From: Octopus sinensis
Taxonomy: Eukaryota
DNA length: 64,000 nucleotides
Direction of reading: 5' to 3'
Assembly: GCF_006345805.1 (NCBI RefSeq)
Contig: NC_043006.1
Coordinates: 42,656,001-42,720,000 of the forward strand
Position numbers and translations under genes: made by a program. The notes under the pieces are model-generated. The model ran no database searches and was not told the DNA's origin. It worked only from the letters and a program-made list of their open reading frames with translations. Each line of letters begins with the position of its first letter. Within the stretch, counting starts at the first letter, position 1. Below, one piece after another: positions 26,250 to 38,929 of this stretch.

Positions 26250-26414
26250 TCACAACCTGGAATCAAATAATAACATTGAAAAATACCTTAGGAATGAGAA
26301 TCCAGGTTTTGAAATTTCCCCAAATACATCTGATGAAGGCTGGAGGGTATAAACAACAAACAAGATGAGGACAAATATCCGTCAAATGTAAATAATGTAA
26401 ATAACGTAAATAAT
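25525..26414 (-). mobile_element. Second copy of the composite pLTR mini-element (opposite orientation) with a SINE C inserted in its (AAT)n
   Basis: Same tail end cagttctatatttaagag at 25525; inverted arm 26275-26414; B-box remnant at about 26246-26268; 12-bp repeat ATCATCRTTGTT at 25513-25524 and 26415-26426. Confidence 0.8.
25784..26119 (+). mobile_element. SINE family C (third tail type)
   Basis: ggcgcatggctcagtggttagag...gagttcaaatccc, gtgttcttgagcaagacac body. Confidence 0.8.
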
Positions 26415-26775
26415 ATCATCGTTGTTGTCAACGTCATCGTTGTCGTCTTCATTGCTGTCAACATCATCATCATTGTTGTTGTTACTGTCATTGTCATCGT
26501 CATCATTGTCATCGTTATCATCATCATCATCATCATTATCATTATCATCATCGTCATCATTATCATCATCATCATTACCATCATCGTCGTCATCATCGTT
26601 GTCATCATCATCATTGTCATTATCATTGCCATTGTTCTCATCGTCATCATCATCATCATTATCATCATCATTGTCATCATTGTTGTTGTCATCGTTGTCA
26701 TCATCATCATCATCAACATCATTACCATCATCATCGTCAACATCATTGTCATCATCATTATTATCATCATCCTCA
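26415..26775. repeat. Degenerate (TCA)/(TCG)/(TTG) trinucleotide tract
   Basis: Directly visible. Confidence 0.95.
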
Positions 26776-26784
26776 TTTAATGTC

Positions 26785-26908
26785 CGCTCTTCCATACTCA
26801 TATAGGTTGGGCAGCGGTTCTTGAGATATCCTGTCCATGGACAAACAAACAAACAAACAAACATGACTGAAAATAATTCCCCCGCCTTCGTTAAGGCAGA
26901 GGTAATAA
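26785..26908 (-). mobile_element. Helentron/DINE-like 5' end fragment
   Basis: Reverse complement ttattacctctgccttaacgaaggcgggg...(GTTT)n...gatatctcaagaacc matches 7380-7470. Confidence 0.5.
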
Positions 26909-26929
26909 ATAAATAAATATTATTTTATT

Positions 26930-27201
26930 CTTTTATTCTTTAACTTGTTTCAGTCATTTGATCGCGACCATGCTGGAGTACTGCCTTAAAGGGTTTTTTT
27001 CAGTCAAATAAATTGACCCCAGGACTTATTCTTTATAAGCCTAGTACTTAGTCTATCGTTCTCTTTTCCTGAACTGCTAAGTTACGAGGATGTAAACAAA
27101 GCAACATCAAGCGGTGGTGGTGGGGACAAACACAGACACAAAGACACACACATAAATTTATACATATATGTATGTATGTATGTATATATATATACATATA
27201 A

Positions 27202-27258
<57 letters not shown>

Positions 27259-27440
27259 TATATATACATACATACACACACACGCACACACACACACACA
27301 CATATATATATGATGGGCTTCTTTCAATTTCCATTTACCACTCACAAGGCTTTGGTCAGCCCAAAGCTAAATTGGAAGACACTTGCCTAAGGTGACATGC
27401 AGTGGGACTGAACGTGGAACCATGTGGTTGGGAAGCCAGT
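26930..27440 (-). mobile_element. SINE A, near full length
   Basis: Matches family A on the minus strand with an expanded internal microsatellite. Confidence 0.85.
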
Positions 27441-27989
27441 ACATTAATTTTATATTAAATGTTATTTATAATATATATGTGCATATATACGCATTTTTAT
27501 GTATAAACTATATATTCTTATTTTGTTCTATTAGACATTAACCACTCAATCATACTTTGCACTGTCTATACCCAAAAGCTTCCGCTGCGTCCCTGCCTTC
27601 ATGTCTTGAATAAGAAAGACATGATTATGTCACTTGTAAGGTCTTCATCATGTTATTAGAAAGTAAAATAAAATGGAAACAAGAAGAAATAAAGCCAGGG
27701 TAAATGACACGGAAACTCATTACTCAGAACGATGAGAAGATTTTCATGGATTGTTTTTGTCATTTCAATTAATTAATACAGCTTTTCGCAGTTACCAATA
27801 CCCATTTTCATTCATCAAACTGACAATATCTTTTAACAGAGGCTGTCTAATTAGATTTTAATTTTTCAATATAGACTGTGCAATTAGTGAGATTTTTAGA
27901 TGAGTTTGGAAAATAGTAATTGGTATAAAAAGTGAAGTATTTAGCATTTTAGGTTTTTACTCTTTGTAAGAGAGTAAGGAAAAATATAA

Positions 27990-28140
27990 AGTGATGCTGT
28001 TGCTTAGGCCATAATATACTAAATGAAAATAGTATTGAAGTGAAGGAGTGATGCTGGGGGAGTAATGTGGTGAATGGGGCCATCTTAAGATATGGACACC
28101 CTGAGCAGTTACCTGGAGTTCCCACGGGTGTAAAAAGCTC
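27990..28140 (-). mobile_element. Mariner transposase remnant
   Basis: GVHILRWPHSPHYSPSITPSLQYYF resembles the mariner WEILPHPPYSPDLAPSDY motif. Confidence 0.55.
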
Positions 28141-28219
28141 AGTACTAATATGTTTTTCATTTGTAATTAATCAACAGAGAAAACCTTAATTGTTGAGATG
28201 CAATTTTGATTATATTATG

Positions 28220-28627
28220 TGCTGATAACTCAGAGTGGATGGAACTTACACAAGAGGGTAACCCAAGAAGACATGGGACAAACTACTGAAAGATGGCCTC
28301 AGGACACTGAACTTGTCAGAGAAGATGACAAAGGACTGAGATATCTAGCACCTCAAAAGGACCTGTCCTTCACAGCAGAAGTGTTAAGGCCACTACCCCT
28401 GATCAAGAGAATTGGCCTGCAAGAGCCCTGTGCCCATGTCATGTAAAAAGCACTCATGTCAGTGCTATGTTAAAAGCACCCAGCACACCCTGTGAAATGG
28501 TTGGCATTAGGAAGAGCATGTAACTGTAGAAATTAAGTCAAATCTGATTGGAACCTGGTGCAGCCAGTTCTGGTCAAGCCATCCAACCCATGCCAGCATG
28601 GGAAATGGATGTTAAATGATGATGATA
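28220..28627 (+). mobile_element. RTE LINE 3' end
   Basis: PKKTWDKLLKDGLRTLNLSEKMTKD homologous to RPRKTWDEVVKHDLRALGLTEAMTKD; 3' UTR and (GAT)n tail. Confidence 0.8.
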
Positions 28628-28919
28628 TAAGGTTACTATGAGATGTCATCAGACCTAGCAATTATGAAATTTGTCAGACTTTTAATTGTGAGTTGTTTAT
28701 GTGAAAATCTGATTAGTGAAGTAGCTTGGTGTAACTATAATTACTGGATATATAAAAAGCATCTTATTTGACATAAAGTTCTGTTAAGAACTATTAATGG
28801 ACATTAACCTAGGAGTCATGCAGAGACTTTAAGAACCTGGCACCTAGCTTTACCCAACAAAACTCATCCGCTTCAGTAGAGCATTGAGGCTGTATTCCCT
28901 GGTGAAGAGAATTGGCATA

Positions 28920-29110
28920 CAAGTCTTGTGTTGGCACCATATAGAAAATATTAGTGCCAGTGCCACACAAAAGCGCTTGTGCTGGTGCCACATATAGAAA
29001 CAAAGCCAAATCAGATTGGAACCTGGTGCAGCTCTCTGGCCTGCCAGCTCTGGTCAAACTGTCCAACCCATGCCGCTATGGAAAATGGAGGTTAAAGGCT
29101 CATGGTTATG
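28920..29110 (+). mobile_element. RTE 3' UTR fragment
   Basis: tcagattggaacctggtgcag...gtccaacccatgcc...gttaaa. Confidence 0.65.
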
Positions 29111-29119
29111 ATGCAGTTA

Positions 29120-29550
29120 TCTTTCACTTGAGTTCTTTTGTTTCTGTCATTGAACTGTGGCCATGCTGGGGCATTGCCTTGAAGGGTTTAGTTGAATAAA
29201 ACTTATATTTTTTTAGTCTGGTATATATTCTATTGCTGTGTTTTGCTGAAATGTTAACTTACAGGGATGTAAACAAACTAACACCAGTTGTAAAGCAGTA
29301 GCAGTAGACAAAAACAAGCACAAAAACAAACACAAAGAAACACACACACACACACAGACACACACAGACACACACACACACAGACACACATATTTGATGG
29401 GCATCCATACTGCTTCTGTCTACCAAATTCACTAAAAAAACATTGGTCAGCCTGGGGCTACAACAAAAGGCACTCACCCAAGGTTCCAAAAACCAGAACT
29501 GAACTCAGACCACATGGTTGCAAAGCAAGCTTCTTAACCACTCAGCCACA
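29120..29550 (-). mobile_element. Degenerate SINE A
   Basis: Family A modules on the minus strand. Confidence 0.7.
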
Positions 29551-29899
29551 AAAAAAAAATATTTAAAAAATGTAAAATGAAAATCAAATGGAAAGCTATT
29601 AAGGAAATTTATGTCATAGATTCTCGACATCTATGACAAAATATTGCCATCTGGGAATCAAGCCAAGCCCAAACAACCATTCACAGCATTTATCAAAATA
29701 ACCAACACTCATCTATATTTTACTGAGAGAATTTTATTTTCAAGCAAACAATTCATCTACTCTGGGCCCATAAGAGTCTGGGGTCAGCTTGTACATCAGC
29801 TGAAAGCTTTGAGAACCAAGGTGGACCCCATGACTATCTGCTGAGTCTCTCTCTAAAAACAGTAGTGACATCCATTTTTGAGAGGATATATACATATAT

Positions 29900-30161
29900 G
29901 TGTTTGTAGATAAGAATATATATGTGTATACAGATAAAAATATATTTGTGCCTGTAGATAAGAATATATACATGTATGTGGATAAGAATATATGTGTATA
30001 TAGATAAGAATATATGTGTGTATGTGGATAAAAATATATATGTGTATGTGGAAAAGGATATATGTGTGTATGTAGATATGAATATACATGTGTTTCCAGA
30101 TAAAAATATAAATGTGTATGTAGATAAGAATATATATGTGTATGTAGATAAAAGATATATG

Positions 30162-30195
<34 letters not shown>

Positions 30196-30290
30196 ATATG
30201 TGTGTGTGGTGTGTGTGTGTGTATGTTGATAAGAATGTGTATATGTATGTAGATAAGGATATATATATGTATGTGGATAAAAATATATTG
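29900..30290. repeat. Degenerate ~24-bp minisatellite GTRGATAARAATATATRTGTGTAT
   Basis: More than ten successive units visible. Confidence 0.85.
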
Positions 30291-30934
30291 TTGCTATTAT
30301 GCAAAAGTGTCGTAAGTCCAAAATGTTGCTTTTTCAGAAAACAAAAAATACTGTCACCATTCCATTTCTTTTTACATTAGCAATAGTTTCAGCTTAACAA
30401 TAATACTTTGTTGGGTGCAGCAAATCCAAACTCCATTCATGATGTTTCCAGTCAGAAATATTTTTACAAAATTGTTGTATGTGGGGCTTACTACACTTTT
30501 GAAAAATGCTAAACCGTTGTACTATACTTTGACAATTTTCATCTGAGGCAGCTAAAGATATGATAGTCTGACCAAAAGAACTGGCTATTGCAAGCAAAGT
30601 TAAATATTGAAAAAAAAAATGCATTTGGCCATATTTGGTCATACATGTGTTTAACATAATAACAATGATCTGTATGTAAGTGGATCATCATCATCATCAT
30701 CATCGTTTAACGTCCGCTTTCCATGCTAGCATGGGTTGGACGGTTCAAAGTACATATATGTATATGTAGACAAGAATATATATGTATGTGTGTGTGATCA
30801 TGGTAATGACAATGATGATGGTAATGACAGCATTGATGAAGATGGCAACATGTCCTGGAGGCTTTGGAATTTCTACCAAATCCATATTGCATTCAATACA
30901 ATGCTGCTTATAAGGTGGGGAGCAGGCAAAAACG

Positions 30935-31110
30935 TTAGCATGCTTGGCAAAATGCTTAGCGGTATTTTGTCTGTCATTACGTTCTGAGTTCAAATTCCGC
31001 CAAGGTCAACTTTGCCTTTCATCCTTTCAGGATTGATAAATTAAGTACCAGTTGTGTACTGAGATTGATCTAATTGACAGCCCCACCCCCACTCCCCCAA
31101 ATTTTTGAGC
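30935..31110 (+). mobile_element. Degenerate SINE B
   Basis: aaacgttagcatgc...ttctgagttcaaattccgcc...gcctttcatcctttc. Confidence 0.75.
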
Positions 31111-31299
31111 CTGTTACTTTTTTCCCCTGTTATCTTGTTTCATTTGCTGAACTGTGGTTGTGCTGGGAGATTGCCTTGAAGGGTTTAGCCAAAAAAATCA
31201 ACCCCAGAACTTCAGATTTTATGTCCGGTACATATTCTATCAGTCTCCTATGCCAAACTACAAAGTTATGGTGGACATAAACAAACCAACACCAGTTGT

Positions 31300-31650
31300 C
31301 AAGCAGTGGGTGGTCAAGCACTGACACAGCTGGTGCCATGTAAAAAGCATCCATGCTGGTGCCATGCAAAAAAGTACCCATGATGGTAGCACACAAAAGC
31401 ATCTGTGCTGGTGCCATGTATAAAGCACTGGTGATGCTGCCACATCAAAAGCACCTAGTACACTCTGAAAAGTGGTTGGCATTAGGAAGGGCATCTAGCC
31501 ATAGAAATAATGCCAAAACAGACATGAAGCCTGGGCAGCCCTTCAATTGACCAGCTCTGGTCAAACTGTCCAACCCATTTCAGCATAGAAAACAGATATT
31601 ACATGATGATGATAATGACAACAACAATGATGATGATGATAATGATGATG
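31300..31650 (+). mobile_element. RTE 3' UTR fragment with subrepeats
   Basis: Repeated ggtgccatgtaaaaagca units, ggaagggcatc, (GAT)n tail. Confidence 0.75.
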
Positions 31651-31652
31651 AT

Positions 31653-31684
<32 letters not shown>

Positions 31685-31685
<1 letters not shown>

Positions 31686-32118
31686 TACTCTTTTAGATGT
31701 TTCAGTCATTTGACTGCAGCCATGCTGGAGAACTGCCTTTAGTCTAGCAAATCAACCCCAGGACTTATTCTTTGTAAGCCTAGTACTTATTCTATCGGTC
31801 TCTTTTATTTAACCGCTAAGTTACAGGGACGTAAACACACCAGCATCGGTTGTCAAGCGATGTTGGGGGGACAAACAGAGACACACAATCCTATACACAC
31901 ACACACACTCACACACACACATATATATATATACATACACATATATATATATATACGACAGGCTTCTTTTAGTTTCTATCTACTAAATCCACTCACAAGG
32001 CTTTGGTCGGCCTGAGGGTATAGTAGAAGACACTTGTCCAAGGTGCCATGCAGTGGGACTGAACCCGGAACCATGTGTTTCATAAGCACGCTACTTACCA
32101 CACAGCCACTTCTATGCC
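31685..32118 (-). mobile_element. Full-length SINE A
   Basis: Reverse-complement match to 6790-7212. Confidence 0.9.
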
Positions 32119-33297
32119 TATAGCAATATTTGTATGAGCTTAAGCTTATAAGCAATCATCGTGCAATGACTAAAGAAAATAGTCTAATATTTTTTAGTCA
32201 TTACATTATGATCACTTATAAGATTTAAGCTTATAAAAATATTATTATTATTATTTACAGAATTGTAAAAATTGACACTGTATACCAAAAGCCATCGCAC
32301 ACATACATACATACATACATATATATAATGGGCTTCTACACAGTTTCTTCCAACTAAATTCACTCACTAGTCATTCGTTGATACAGGGCTATAAGAGAAG
32401 ATACTTGGCCAAGGTGTTACATAGTGGGGCTTGAACCTGAAGCCACATAGTTGCAAAGCAAGTTTCTTAACCACACACTCATACCTGTGCCCATATATAT
32501 ATATATATATATATATCATCATTATCATCATCATTTAACGTCCGCTTTCGATGCTGGCATGGGTTGGACGATTTGACTGAGGACTGGCGAGCCTGATGGC
32601 TGCACCAGGCTATAAAAATGGAACAAAAACACAATAGAGGACATTAAAACGTTCGGACAGATTGACGATACAAAGGCGGAGAAGAGAAACAACAATTAGA
32701 AGGATAGGCAAAAAGGACGGGTTATTCATGGCTTTCTTTCCCCAGTCAAATTCCAGAAGTCACAACCATTTCGGGCAGTTACACTTGAGACGGTTTGATT
32801 TGGTTGCCCCCCACCCAAAAATATCTAAGCTAAGAGCATTAGACCCCTTTGTAAGAAAGCTATCATGTGAGCATTTATTTCTGAGGAGTATTTTACTGAA
32901 GGATAGCTGTTTCAAATTTTTATCAAATTACATAAGAAAGGGAGCAGAATAATTAATACAGCAAGGAAATGTATGTATTTTCACTAATTTTTTTCAAATG
33001 ACTAATTTATCATCTCGCATATGCAGACAAAAAATGAGAAACAACATCAATTTCCATAGATCACACATGGTTAAATGTATTGATATTGTCACATTAACAT
33101 CTAGACATCTAGGTAGATAAATGTAGTGCTATATAACACCATATCAATGCACAGACAGATATTGTGGATATTCGTTAAAGCTATTTATATGTATATCAAG
33201 ATAAAAACTAATTTGCATCTTACACTACAAGAGACAGTGAATAGTGTCTATCTGAGAAAATTAGTTATTACTGTCACAACTTCTACCACCACTATTG

Positions 33298-33349
<52 letters not shown>

Positions 33350-33677
33350 CACTAATAATAATAATAATAATAATAATAATGACGATGATGATAATAATAA
33401 TATGCGCAGTAGTGGCTGTGTGGTAAGTAGGTTGCTTACCAACCACATGGTTCCGTGTTCAGTCTCACTGCATGGTACCTTAGGCAAATGTCTTCTACTA
33501 TAGACTCAGGCCGACCAAAGCCTTGTGAGTGGATTTGGTAGACGGAAACTGAAAGAAGCCCATTGTATATATGTATATATATGCATGTGTATGTATATGT
33601 TGTGTATCTGTGTTTGTCCCCTCAACATCACTTGACAACCGATGCTGGTGTGTTTAATAATGATAATGATAATAATA

Positions 33678-34231
33678 AATGCCCTGATGCAGTACCGGGC
33701 AGTAACTTTCATGGCTTCTGATCTTAACTGATTGGAAGTGTTATCATGTACATTGTTTTGTCTTGATATAAAAGATGGCTACAGCGAATATTCTGTTCAA
33801 TACCACAGATTTGCTTGTCAGTTATTTGACCTTAACCAGTTGAGCATGTCCCTTAGTGGCTGACGATATGTGCATCTCTGATCATGAGCAGAAGTAGTGG
33901 GGGAGCATCATAGCCATGTGTTGAGAGGGATTCTTTGGGGTTTCCAATTCACATCTGGAAACCTGGGTATTTCGTTCAACATACTTAAACAACCTTTATT
34001 CCGGGACCTTTTGAGCAGGATGTGTTACTTGACCAGATGAAAATTCCAACTGGGCCCTACCGGCAAGGTCATGTGCTATTTATCTTCATATGAGATCACT
34101 ATGTCACGCACATATGGTTGTGATGCATGTGCCTAGTGTACCCTTATCAGACGGGTAATCATGATGGGTATACTGGGCTTCGTATATTTTACCCCAGTGT
34201 CACTTTGATGGCATGCACTGCTCTCTCACTC
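33678..34231 (+). mobile_element. ~550-bp (AAT)n-tailed retroelement family D
   Basis: Homologous copies at 34665-35218 (+) and 51848-52400 (-); ends ctctctcactc(AAT)n; no ORF. Confidence 0.75.
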
Positions 34232-34269
34232 AATAATAATAATAATAATAATAATATAATAATAATAAT

Positions 34270-34301
<32 letters not shown>

Positions 34302-34335
34302 AAAAATAATAATGATAATAATAATAATAATAATG

Positions 34336-34369
<34 letters not shown>

Positions 34370-34664
34370 CGATGATGATAATAATAATATGCGCAGTAGT
34401 GGCTGTGTGGTAAGTAGGTTGCTTACCAACCACATGGTTCCGTGTTCAGTCTCACTGCATGGTACCTTAGGCAAATGTCTTCTACTATAGACTCAGGCCG
34501 ACCAAAGCCTTGTGAGTGGATTTGGTAGACGGAAACTGAAAGAAGCCCATTGTATATATGTATATATATGCATGTGTATGTATATGTTGTGTATCTGTGT
34601 TTGTCCCCTCAACATCACTTGACAACCGATGCTGGTGTGTTTAATAATGATAATGATAATAATA

Positions 34665-35218
34665 AATGCCCTGATGCAGTACCGGGCAGTAACTTTCATG
34701 GCTTCTGATCTTAACTGATTGGAAGTGTTATCATGTACATTGTTTTGTCTTGATATAAAAGATGGCTACAGCGAATATTCTGTTCAATACCACAGATTTG
34801 CTTGTCAGTTATTTGACCTTAACCAGTTGAGCATGTCCCTTAGTGGCTGACGATATGTGCATCTCTGATCATGAGCAGAAGTAGTGGGGGAGCATCATAG
34901 CCATGTGTTGAGAGGGATTCTTTGGGGTTTCCAATTCACATCTGGAAACCTGGGTATTTCGTTCAACATACTTAAACAACCTTTATTCCGGGACCTTTTG
35001 AGCAGGATGTGTTACTTGACCAGATGAAAATTCCAACTGGGCCCTACCGGCAAGGTCATGTGCTATTTATCTTCATATGAGATCACTATGTCACGCACAT
35101 ATGGTTGTGATGCATGTGCCTAGTGTACCCTTATCAGACGGGTAATCATGATGGGTATACTGGGCTTCGTATATTTTACCCCAGTGTCACTTTGATGGCA
35201 TGCACTGCTCTCTCACTC
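34665..35218 (+). mobile_element. Family D copy (duplicated unit)
   Basis: Duplicate of 33678-34231. Confidence 0.75.
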
Positions 35219-35289
<71 letters not shown>

Positions 35290-35791
35290 AAATAATAATG
35301 ATAATAATAATAATAATAATGATAATAATAATAATAATAATAATAAGAAGAAGAAGAAGAAGAATTGTCCCAAATTTTGATATAAAGCTAGCAATTTTAT
35401 GGAGAGGTGATATATTGGTTCCATCAACCCCTGTAATTCAGTTTTAATTTATTTTATCAAACAGAAAAGCAAAGTCAAGCTTGGCAGCATTTGAACTCAA
35501 CTTACCACCTAATAATGCTTTGGAATGTTGGTACAAAACCAGTAATTGTAGTGGAAGAGGAGATAGTTGATTACTTCTCATTTACTACATCAGATGTCCA
35601 CAAAATAATGAGCATTATAATGACCAAATGGAATCAAAATTAAAGCATTGAGTTAGAATACATAAACAGAAACAAATCAGAGATTAATTTTCTGGAAATG
35701 TTCCAAGCAGTGAACATCTAGAAATTTGTGCAAAAACTATTTTGTGTGTGTGTGTGAGTGTATGATCATTGTACAAAATATCTTCACATAC

Positions 35792-36183
35792 ATAGGGACA
35801 GGTGTGGCTGTGTGGTAAGAAGTTTGCTTCCCAACCAGATGGTTCCGGGTTCAGTCCCACTGCATGGCAACCTGGGCAAGTGTCTTCTGCTATAGCCTTG
35901 GGCCAACCAAAGCCTTGTGAGTGGATTTGGTAGATGGAAACTGAAAGAAGTCCATCGTATATATATATATGTTTATATGTTTGTGTGTCTGTGTTTGTTC
36001 CCCCACCATCGCTTGACAACCGATGTTGGCATGCTTACGTTCTCATAACTTAGCAGTTAAAAAAAAGAGATCGATAGAAGAAGCACTAGGCTTATGAAGA
36101 ATAAGTCCTGGGGTCAGTTTGTTTGACTAAAGGTGGTGCTCCAGCATGGCCACAGTCAAATGACTGAAACAAGTAAAAGAATA
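35792..36183 (+). mobile_element. Full-length SINE A
   Basis: Family match; 25-bp direct repeat at 35767-35791 and 36206-36230. Confidence 0.9.
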
Positions 36184-37729
36184 TGTAGGACGAGTTTCAG
36201 TTAACCATTGTACAAAATATCTTCACATACTGAGTTCAAATCCCATCAAAGCTAATTTTGGCTCCACCTTGCTGAAACCTATAAAATTAGTTTTTAAGGT
36301 TGATGGTAATTACTACTTCCAGAATAGTATGTGGAAAACCTTGTTCACACTTTAAAGAGGGACCCAGCAACAGAATATAGGAATAGGATGTTGGCGAATA
36401 ATCTTTACTCTAGGGAACTGTTACTGAATGTCTCTTGTTCAGAGTTAGAAATAGTAATTTTTTATATATTAGATCAGTAACTGTGTTTCACATGGAAAGA
36501 TATATATTTTGAACAAGAGTTTGTTGGCGCGATCTCTAGCCAAACTGTTATTCTGTGTTGATGAAGAGAAATAACCCAGAAACCACTGGTGAGTCTACTG
36601 TCGTGAGAAAGAATCACTTCAAAATTGGTGTTCAGGAATTTTCTTTTACATCAAGTTCAAAATTTTACGTTGCTGTCCGTCGTTAAGAAATGCCAGCCAT
36701 GGTGACTCTACAATCCTCAGATTCTATCCCTTCAAACTTTGGTTTCCAATATTTTTTATTTTTATTCAGCTTGCAAGTTCGTCTGTCCCTTTTAAATGTT
36801 AGTGTTTTGCTGTCTGCCTTGAAGCAGACCTTTCCGTTGTCACTGCCTGATATTTATGATTGATCTTTCAAAATATTTTACTTTCTCAACTTACTCAAGA
36901 TCTTTTGTTGTTTATACATGGGAGAGAGATAGATAGAGAAAGATAGAGAGTAGGCGAAAGTGAGGGAGAGTCCGAGAGAAAGGAAGAGTAAGAGAGTGGG
37001 AAAGTGAGAGAGAAACAAAGAGGGAGAATGTGGTGATAAAAAACAGAAAGGAAGCAACAGAAAGTAACAACCACACTCTTACCTGCACGTTGAGCAGGTC
37101 ACCCTAAGCTAGTTTGTTATAAAGCTTAACTCTGGAGTCTTTCAGTGGCACTTGCTATAGAGTAAGAGAGATCTGAGGTTGCTACCCATGTATTTTTATG
37201 TTTGATTTGATGTACTCCTAGTGTCTTAACATTAGTTTCTGTGGGATATTTCAGTTGCAATATTTTCCATGCAACTATATCTAACTTTAACATTATATTC
37301 ATTAAAGAGTTTGTGATATTTATGTCTGATAGAAAATATTATTTTTCTAAACTTATAATATATATATCTTAAAATCTAAAACATTTTATTTCCCCCAAAT
37401 GTACCCAACTTAAATATTACTGAAGAAACTCATATAAACTGCAGAAAAATATTAACAATGTTTCTGGGTTGAGTGTAAAAGAAAAAAAATACATTTATCA
37501 AATTTTTGAGAACTTGTTCTTTACATAAAGATAAAGATATGCAGTTATAGACAATTCAATAGGAAACCATAACTTCTACTGTATATTTCCTCTTCTATCT
37601 ATTCTTTGTGTATCTGTATACATCTTTTTATCATGATGTAGAGACAGGTAGTCACAAAAAGAAAAAAATATTGATAAATATAGACTATATTTTTTTCATT
37701 CAGTTCCATTGTTATCTTTTTGTGTTTTC

Positions 37730-37881
37730 TATATGAGTGTGTATAAATGCGTATGTTCATATATATATATATATGTTATACAGATACACACACACACACA
37801 CATATACATATGCACACATATATATACATGTATTATATATATATATATATATACACATAGACATCTGCTTCTATGTATATG

Positions 37882-37925
<44 letters not shown>

Positions 37926-38245
37926 TACATGCATATATGTATCTGTATAATATATATATATATGTGTGTGTGTGTGTATCTGTTTTATATGTATATATAC
38001 ACACACATATACACATATAAGTATATACATATATATCATTCTGAATGTAAGCAAACTCTAACTATAAACAAGTCTAAACAAATGTTTTTATCTGACTTAA
38101 TTAATATCTATCTCTCTATGTATACACACCTACATACATACATGCATACAGACATACCTGCATACATACATACTTATTTATGTACATACATACATACATA
38201 TGTCTGTGTATATATGGGTGTTTGCGTATATATATATGTGTGTGG

Positions 38246-38276
<31 letters not shown>

Positions 38277-38890
38277 TATTATGATTTCAGTATTTATACA
38301 TATATGTACAGATACATATATACGTTTTTATATTTGTATTCTGCATGTATACATACAAATACATTCAATTCTAATGATATTGTCATAGAATTTCGTATGA
38401 AAGAAGTACAGTGATAACAGCATATTTACCATATAGACTGATATCTTGTGTCAATCACTAAACCATAAACTTGTATCGAAGCCTTATTTTACTCATTCTG
38501 GAGTTTAAAAAAAAAAAAAATAATAAAGAGTAAATAAATAAATAACTTGGTAATACTTTTTTTTTTTTTTTGGGTGGGGAGGTTTCAACAAGATTTCCAA
38601 ATGACACAACTTTGTATTCTGTTGCTGCAGAGATCGTATCAGATATTCTAGAAGGCCTGCCTACCTTCTCTTCAGGGATGAAATATAATATAATAAAGTC
38701 AAGATTTAACATAATTCCAACTGGAAACAGTACCAAACTTTTCCATGTGTATATATAAGCACAAGAGATACATACAGGTACACATCTGCATACACATATA
38801 CATGTGTATGTATGTATGTGTATATATGTGTGCATGTGAACAAAGATACACATACATACATACATACACACACACATATATAGGTTCATA

Positions 38891-38929
<39 letters not shown>

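Larger units (their letters stand above)
33360..35330 (+). repeat. Near-identical tandem duplication, period 987 bp (SINE A head + element D)
   Basis: Identical ORF translations at 33506-33712 and 34493-34699; junctions lie in (AAT)n. Confidence 0.92.

Noticed and set aside
26288-26864. Poly-Asp / poly-Met / poly-Ser ORFs
   Set aside because: Degenerate (TCA)n repeat
29900-30290. CRISPR-like array
   Set aside because: Eukaryotic minisatellite without unique spacers
32662-32952. 96-aa ORF in non-microsatellite sequence
   Set aside because: Starts at TTG, overlaps a probable pLTR-like remnant, no recognisable domain
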